From positions 736,001 to 800,000 of the forward strand of contig CBDCTH010000012.1 in NCBI GenBank assembly GCA_965222155.1: a stretch of 64,000 nucleotides of DNA. Direction: 5' to 3'. How positions within the stretch are numbered: the stretch's first letter is position 1; each line of letters starts with the position of its first letter. This DNA is from Gammaproteobacteria bacterium (GTDB lineage Bacteria > Pseudomonadota > Gammaproteobacteria > Eutrophobiales > Eutrophobiaceae). The notes under the pieces were generated by a model. It had not been told where the DNA came from, ran no database searches, and worked only from the letters and a program-made list of their open reading frames with translations. Both the position numbers and the translations under genes were made by a program. This document shows, piece by piece, positions 59,257 through 64,000 of the stretch.

Positions 59257-60630
59257 TTACAGAAAGGTAATATTGACCTGGAACAGTCTTTCCACTTCCT
59301 GCACGCGTTTCTTGTCACCCACCAGCAGGATGACGTGGTCCTCGGATGCAATCACCGTATCGTGATGGGCGATGATCACGTTATCAGCGCGGACGATGGC
59401 GCCGATACTGGTGCCCGGCGGCAGGGGAATTTCCTCAATCGACCTGCCGACGACATTGGACGTTGTCCGGTCGCCGTGGGCGATGGCCTCGATTGCTTCC
59501 GCCGCGCCGCGCCGTAATGAGTGCACTACGACAACGTCGCCTTTGCGGATGTGCGCCAGCAGGCTGCCGATGGTGGCTTGTTGCGGCGATATGGCGATGT
59601 CGATTACATCACTCTGCACCAGGTCGACGTAAGCCACCCGGTTGATCAAGGCCATGACCTTGTGCGCCCCCAGACGCTTTGCCAGCATGCAGGATATGAT
59701 GTTTGCTTCATCGGCATTGGTGAGGGCACAGAAGACGTCGGTGTCGTCTATATTTTCTTCGATGAGCAGTTCCTCATCCGCGGCGTCACCGTTAAGGACG
59801 ATGGCCTTGTTCAGTTCTTCCGAGGCTTTCTGCGCCTTTTCCATGGATAATTCTATGACCTTGACCTGGTATTTGTTCTCCAGCAACTTCGCCAGGCGCC
59901 GGCCGATATTACCGCCACTGGCGATGATGATGCGCTTTACCGGCTTGTCCGTCTGTTTGATCGATTTCAACAGGTTCTTGATATGTTTGGGAGAGCCGAT
60001 CACGAATACTTCATCATCCGTCCGTATTTCCGTGTCGCCATCGGGAATGATCGCCTGTCCGCCGCGAAAGATTGAAACGATGCGAAATTCGACGGTTGGC
60101 AGATGGGCGGCAAGATCGCCTATTCTTTTGCCGACAATCGTGCTCTGTCCGGTTATTTTCACTACAACCATCTGCACGCGGCCGGAGGCAAAATCGAGTA
60201 CCTGAAGGGCCCCCGGAAAGCTGATCAAGCGGGCGATGTACTCGGTTACAACCTGTTCCGGGCTGATCAGAACGTCAACCGGCATGGCTTCCTGGGCAAA
60301 CAGTTGCGCGCTTTTAAGGTACTCATTGTTACGCACACGGGCGATTTTCGTCGGTGTATGGAAGACCGTATAGGCAACCTGGCAGGCTACCATGTTGGTT
60401 TCATCACTATTGGTTAGCGCGATGATCATGTCCGCGTCTTTTGCCCCTGCCTGTTCCAGCACCGAGGGATGTGACGCAGATCCGTTTATGGTTTGCAGGT
60501 CAAGCCGTTCCTGCAGGTTGCGTAACACAGCGGGGTCGTGGTCGATCACGGTAATATCATTGGCTTCACTGCAAAGATTGGCGGCCACGGACGAGCCGAC
60601 CTGGCCTGCTCCCAGAATGATAATTTTCAC
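59257..60630 (-). CDS. trkA: Trk system NAD-binding subunit
   Basis: MKIIILGAGQVG, tandem RCK domains. Confidence 0.96.
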   Translation of the reverse strand: MKIIILGAGQVGSSVAANLCSEANDITVIDHDPAVLRNLQERLDLQTINGSASHPSVLEQAGAKDADMIIALTNSDETNMVACQVAYTVFHTPTKIARVRNNEYLKSAQLFAQEAMPVDVLISPEQVVTEYIARLISFPGALQVLDFASGRVQMVVVKITGQSTIVGKRIGDLAAHLPTVEFRIVSIFRGGQAIIPDGDTEIRTDDEVFVIGSPKHIKNLLKSIKQTDKPVKRIIIASGGNIGRRLAKLLENKYQVKVIELSMEKAQKASEELNKAIVLNGDAADEELLIEENIDDTDVFCALTNADEANIISCMLAKRLGAHKVMALINRVAYVDLVQSDVIDIAISPQQATIGSLLAHIRKGDVVVVHSLRRGAAEAIEAIAHGDRTTSNVVGRSIEEIPLPPGTSIGAIVRADNVIIAHHDTVIASEDHVILLVGDKKRVQEVERLFQVNITFL

Positions 60631-61982
60631 GATTTTATATCGATGCCAAGAGACTTCAGCTTCCGGTAGAGATGGGTGCGTTCCATCTGGACGTTCCTGG
60701 CCATTTTGCTGACACTGCCGTTTGCCTGTTTCAACTGGTACTCAAGGTAGTCACGTTCAAAATTTTCCCGTGCCTGGCGCAACGGGAGGTCCAGGTTTTC
60801 CAAATTGTCGGCCTCCTTTTTAGCTGGCCGTTCTCCCAGCACCGCCTCTATATCTTCCAGGTCGATAACCGCATCGCCTCCCAATATCAGCATCCGCTGG
60901 ACCAGGTTCTTCAACTCCCGGGTATTACCGGGCCAGGGGTAGCGACGCAGGCTGTTTTGTGCGGCAGTGGTAAAATACCGGTAAGGCAGCCCCTCACGTT
61001 CGACAAAGTAATTGACGAAGTATTCCAGGATGTCGGGTACGTCTTCATAGTGTTCCCTGAGCGGCGGCACCACTATCGGCACGACGTTCAATTGAAAATA
61101 AAGCTCGTCCATGAAAGAAGACTCTTTAACCCGACCGGCCAGATGATGGCGGGTGGCGGCGACTATCCCGGTATTCAGTGAAATGGCTTCAGTTCCGTTT
61201 ACCCTTTTATAGGACCGGGTTTTCAATGTGTCCTGAAGGCGTGCCTGTGCCGTCAGGTCCATATCGGCAATATCCTTGATGAATAGCGTCCCCCCTTCAG
61301 CCTCATCCAGAAATCCGTTGCGTGTATCACCTTCTTTCTGTTCGCCGTACAACTCATTGACCATGGTTTCAGGGCTCAGGGCTGATACGCTGACATTGAC
61401 AAAAGGCTTGTCTTTTCGGGCGCTCACAGCATGCAGATAGCGGGCAACTGCCTCTTTATCCGTTCCCGGTTCGCCGACAATCAGCACCGGTGTGTCGAGG
61501 TCGGCCACCTTTTCCAATTGGCTGCGTAAATTCGCCATCAGCTTGCTTTTGCCGATGACCCTGGTCGGCGCCTGTGAGTATTGCAGCAACCTCAGGTTTT
61601 CTTTTTGCAGTCTTGAGGCATCCAGGGCGTTTTTTATGGTCAGGACAAGCTTGGCCAGCGATAGCGGTTTTTCCAGGTAATCATATGCGCCAAGGCGGGT
61701 GGCCTCGACGGCAGTACCTATGTTCCCGTGCCCGGACATCATGATGACCGGGTTCGTTAACCTGCCTGATTCATGCCATTCCTTCAACAGGGTAATGCCG
61801 TCAACGTCCGGCATCCAGATATCCAGCAGAACCAGCCGGGGGTGAAACTGTTCCAGCAACGCCCGTGCGCTGTTTCCGTTTTCGGCCGTGGCCACTTCGA
61901 ATCCTTCATCAACGAGAATCTCCCTTATCAGGTTCCTGATCTCGGCCTCATCATCTACAACGAGAATTTTTTCGCTAGTCAC
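60627..61982 (-). CDS. ntrX: NtrX-like response regulator (REC-AAA-HTH)
   Basis: LDIWMP, degenerate AAA, WPGN.REL, ERTHLYRK; ntrY-ntrX-trkA synteny. Confidence 0.88.
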   Translation of the reverse strand: MTSEKILVVDDEAEIRNLIREILVDEGFEVATAENGNSARALLEQFHPRLVLLDIWMPDVDGITLLKEWHESGRLTNPVIMMSGHGNIGTAVEATRLGAYDYLEKPLSLAKLVLTIKNALDASRLQKENLRLLQYSQAPTRVIGKSKLMANLRSQLEKVADLDTPVLIVGEPGTDKEAVARYLHAVSARKDKPFVNVSVSALSPETMVNELYGEQKEGDTRNGFLDEAEGGTLFIKDIADMDLTAQARLQDTLKTRSYKRVNGTEAISLNTGIVAATRHHLAGRVKESSFMDELYFQLNVVPIVVPPLREHYEDVPDILEYFVNYFVEREGLPYRYFTTAAQNSLRRYPWPGNTRELKNLVQRMLILGGDAVIDLEDIEAVLGERPAKKEADNLENLDLPLRQARENFERDYLEYQLKQANGSVSKMARNVQMERTHLYRKLKSLGIDIKS

Positions 61983-64000
61983 ACTATCCCTCTATTCCGG
62001 GTGTCGGCGCTGTTCAGCGCGAATTTGGTTTTATTGATGGGTAGCCTGATAACGACACTGGCCCCCGGCCCGTCCGCGTTATTTCTGATCCAGACCAGCC
62101 CGCCATGTTCTTCCACAATCTTTTTCACTATTGCCAGCCCTAAACCGGTGCCTTTCTGTTTGGTGGTTACGTAAGGTTCAAATACAGTCGACATTATATC
62201 CTCGTTTACGCCGCTGCCGGTATCCCTGATACGGATTTCCATATAGTCCATGGCATGCAGGCTTACGTAAGCAGTAGAGATGGATAAGGCCAGATTTTCT
62301 CCCTGCTTGCGAGCATCAAGCGCATTCTTGATTACATTATTGAAGACTTGCCGCAAGCGGCCCGGGTCCGCGCTGATAACCGATTGATCTTCCGTAAGAT
62401 TAAGCGTGATTTTTACGCTTGTGTCCATATTCATGTACAGGTCAATCACTTCCTCCAGCACCAGGTTCAAGTCGACATCACGGGGCGACATGACCGGCGC
62501 CCGCGCATAATCGGAGAATGCGTTGACCATTCCCTTCATGGTTTCCACCTGTTTGATAATCGTTGTAGTAAGCCGGTCCAGTGTCTCCGCCTGGTCCCCG
62601 GGCGCTGATCGGAGATACTTATGGCGCAGCCTTTCCGCCGCCAGTTGTATCGGTGTTAACGGGTTTTTAATTTCATGGGCAAGTCGCCGGGCCATTTCAC
62701 TCCAGGCCGCGTCGCGTTGCCCCTGTAACATTGCAGTGATATCGTCGAAAACAATGATGTGGACCAGGGCTTTTTCCCGGGCCGGGACAATGGACGTTCC
62801 CCTGCACATGAGCACCTGGCGACCACTGGCGCCGAACAGAGTAACCTGCTGATCCCAGCTCGATTCGCCCTGGTCTATGTGCGACTGAAACAGGTTATGC
62901 AGTTGTTCCAGGTGTTTGTAACGGTCACATATCCGGCTGAACGAACGGCCCAGAATTTCGCTTATATCAATACCCAGGATCCTGCCGCCGCTGATGTTGA
63001 CGGTGCGCAGGCATTTTTCCGCATCCAGGACAAGTACGCCGGACGACAGCCGCTTCAATACGGCTTCCAGGTATTTATGCTGGATTTCCGCTTCATCCTG
63101 ACTGCGTTTGGCCGCGTCCCTGGCGCTGGCTATCTTGCGGGTCATGTCGTTAAACGATGCGACCAGAAACCCCAGCTCATCATTACCCGGAACCCGCAGC
63201 CTGGTATGATAATCACCCTCGGCCACGGATTTTGTCCCTTCCGCCAGGTCGCGAATCGGCGCGGCCAGCTTTCTTGCTGAATAAAACGCGGCCCATACGG
63301 CTGAAAATATACTGAACAACAACACCATGGTCAGTATCAGGATAAAACTCAGTTTAAGCTGCTCCCTGAGATAGGACAACTCCTCGTACTGGGTAAAAGC
63401 TGATTGAACGCTTTGCGCCAAATTGTTTACCCGTTCGGTCAAAGGGTATAAGGCCTGGATGATCCGGGCCTCGTTGCTGATACCGGAATTCGGTACGTTG
63501 ACTACGACACGAAAAGACAGGCCGGCATTTCTCACGGTGTCCATACCGATATAGCTGTTGCCCTGCAGTACCTGGAACAAGACAGTCTCATCGGGCGAGT
63601 CAGGTACGAGGTTGTCCGGATTTGCTGAACTGGAACCGATAATAATCCCCTGTCTGGTCATTACGATCATTTCATCAGCACCGCTGCTGTTGCGGAATTG
63701 ATCGATTTTAAAGGGGATCAAGGCGTCATTGGTCTGCGAAATTTCTTCCGCCATCTTCTCAGACTGTTTGAGGAGTTCCTTCATGCGGATCTCCAGGGCC
63801 AGCTGACTTAATTCGAGGGAGTCTTCCAACGCGTGCTCGACGCGTAAATCAAACCAGCTGTCGATGCCCCGGTACAGGAAATCCAGGGAAAAGTAGTAGA
63901 GGATGAGTACCGGCGTAACCGACAGGATCACAAACATGGTAACCATGCGTACGGTCAGCCGGGCGCCAGCAACGCGTTCCCGCGCTTGTTTGATCAGGCC
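61979..64000 (-). CDS. ntrY: NtrY-like HAMP/PAS sensor histidine kinase, 5' end outside the window
   Basis: AWSEMARRLAHEIKNPLTPIQL, GTGLGL; frame stays open to the window edge. Confidence 0.9.
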   Translation of the reverse strand, partial: GLIKQARERVAGARLTVRMVTMFVILSVTPVLILYYFSLDFLYRGIDSWFDLRVEHALEDSLELSQLALEIRMKELLKQSEKMAEEISQTNDALIPFKIDQFRNSSGADEMIVMTRQGIIIGSSSANPDNLVPDSPDETVLFQVLQGNSYIGMDTVRNAGLSFRVVVNVPNSGISNEARIIQALYPLTERVNNLAQSVQSAFTQYEELSYLREQLKLSFILILTMVLLFSIFSAVWAAFYSARKLAAPIRDLAEGTKSVAEGDYHTRLRVPGNDELGFLVASFNDMTRKIASARDAAKRSQDEAEIQHKYLEAVLKRLSSGVLVLDAEKCLRTVNISGGRILGIDISEILGRSFSRICDRYKHLEQLHNLFQSHIDQGESSWDQQVTLFGASGRQVLMCRGTSIVPAREKALVHIIVFDDITAMLQGQRDAAWSEMARRLAHEIKNPLTPIQLAAERLRHKYLRSAPGDQAETLDRLTTTIIKQVETMKGMVNAFSDYARAPVMSPRDVDLNLVLEEVIDLYMNMDTSVKITLNLTEDQSVISADPGRLRQVFNNVIKNALDARKQGENLALSISTAYVSLHAMDYMEIRIRDTGSGVNEDIMSTVFEPYVTTKQKGTGLGLAIVKKIVEEHGGLVWIRNNADGPGASVVIRLPINKTKFALNSADTRNRGIV

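Overview
Bacterial chromosomal window, probably from a Gammaproteobacterium (hslVU-DUF971-ubiEJB, gpmI-envC-ctpA, yibN-secB-gpsA, ntrYX-trkAH). The left ~37 kb is accessory. It holds two TonB-receptor/amidase catabolic clusters, phbB, ald-aldR, vapBC, an AT-rich island encoding a double-domain DNA methyltransferase facing a Zn-finger HNH nuclease, an RND pump, two near-identical CcrM/M.HinfI-like methyltransferases bracketing an AAA-DUF4143 gene, and two orphan H4MPT-pathway ATP-grasp ligases. The right ~27 kb is housekeeping. Many intergenic gaps carry small palindromic elements from about eight REP/MITE-like families; some are nested, supply stop codons or C-terminal residues, and one sits in frame inside vapC. 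No rRNA, tRNA, CRISPR array or intact transposase was seen. All calls come from motif reading by eye; no searches were run.
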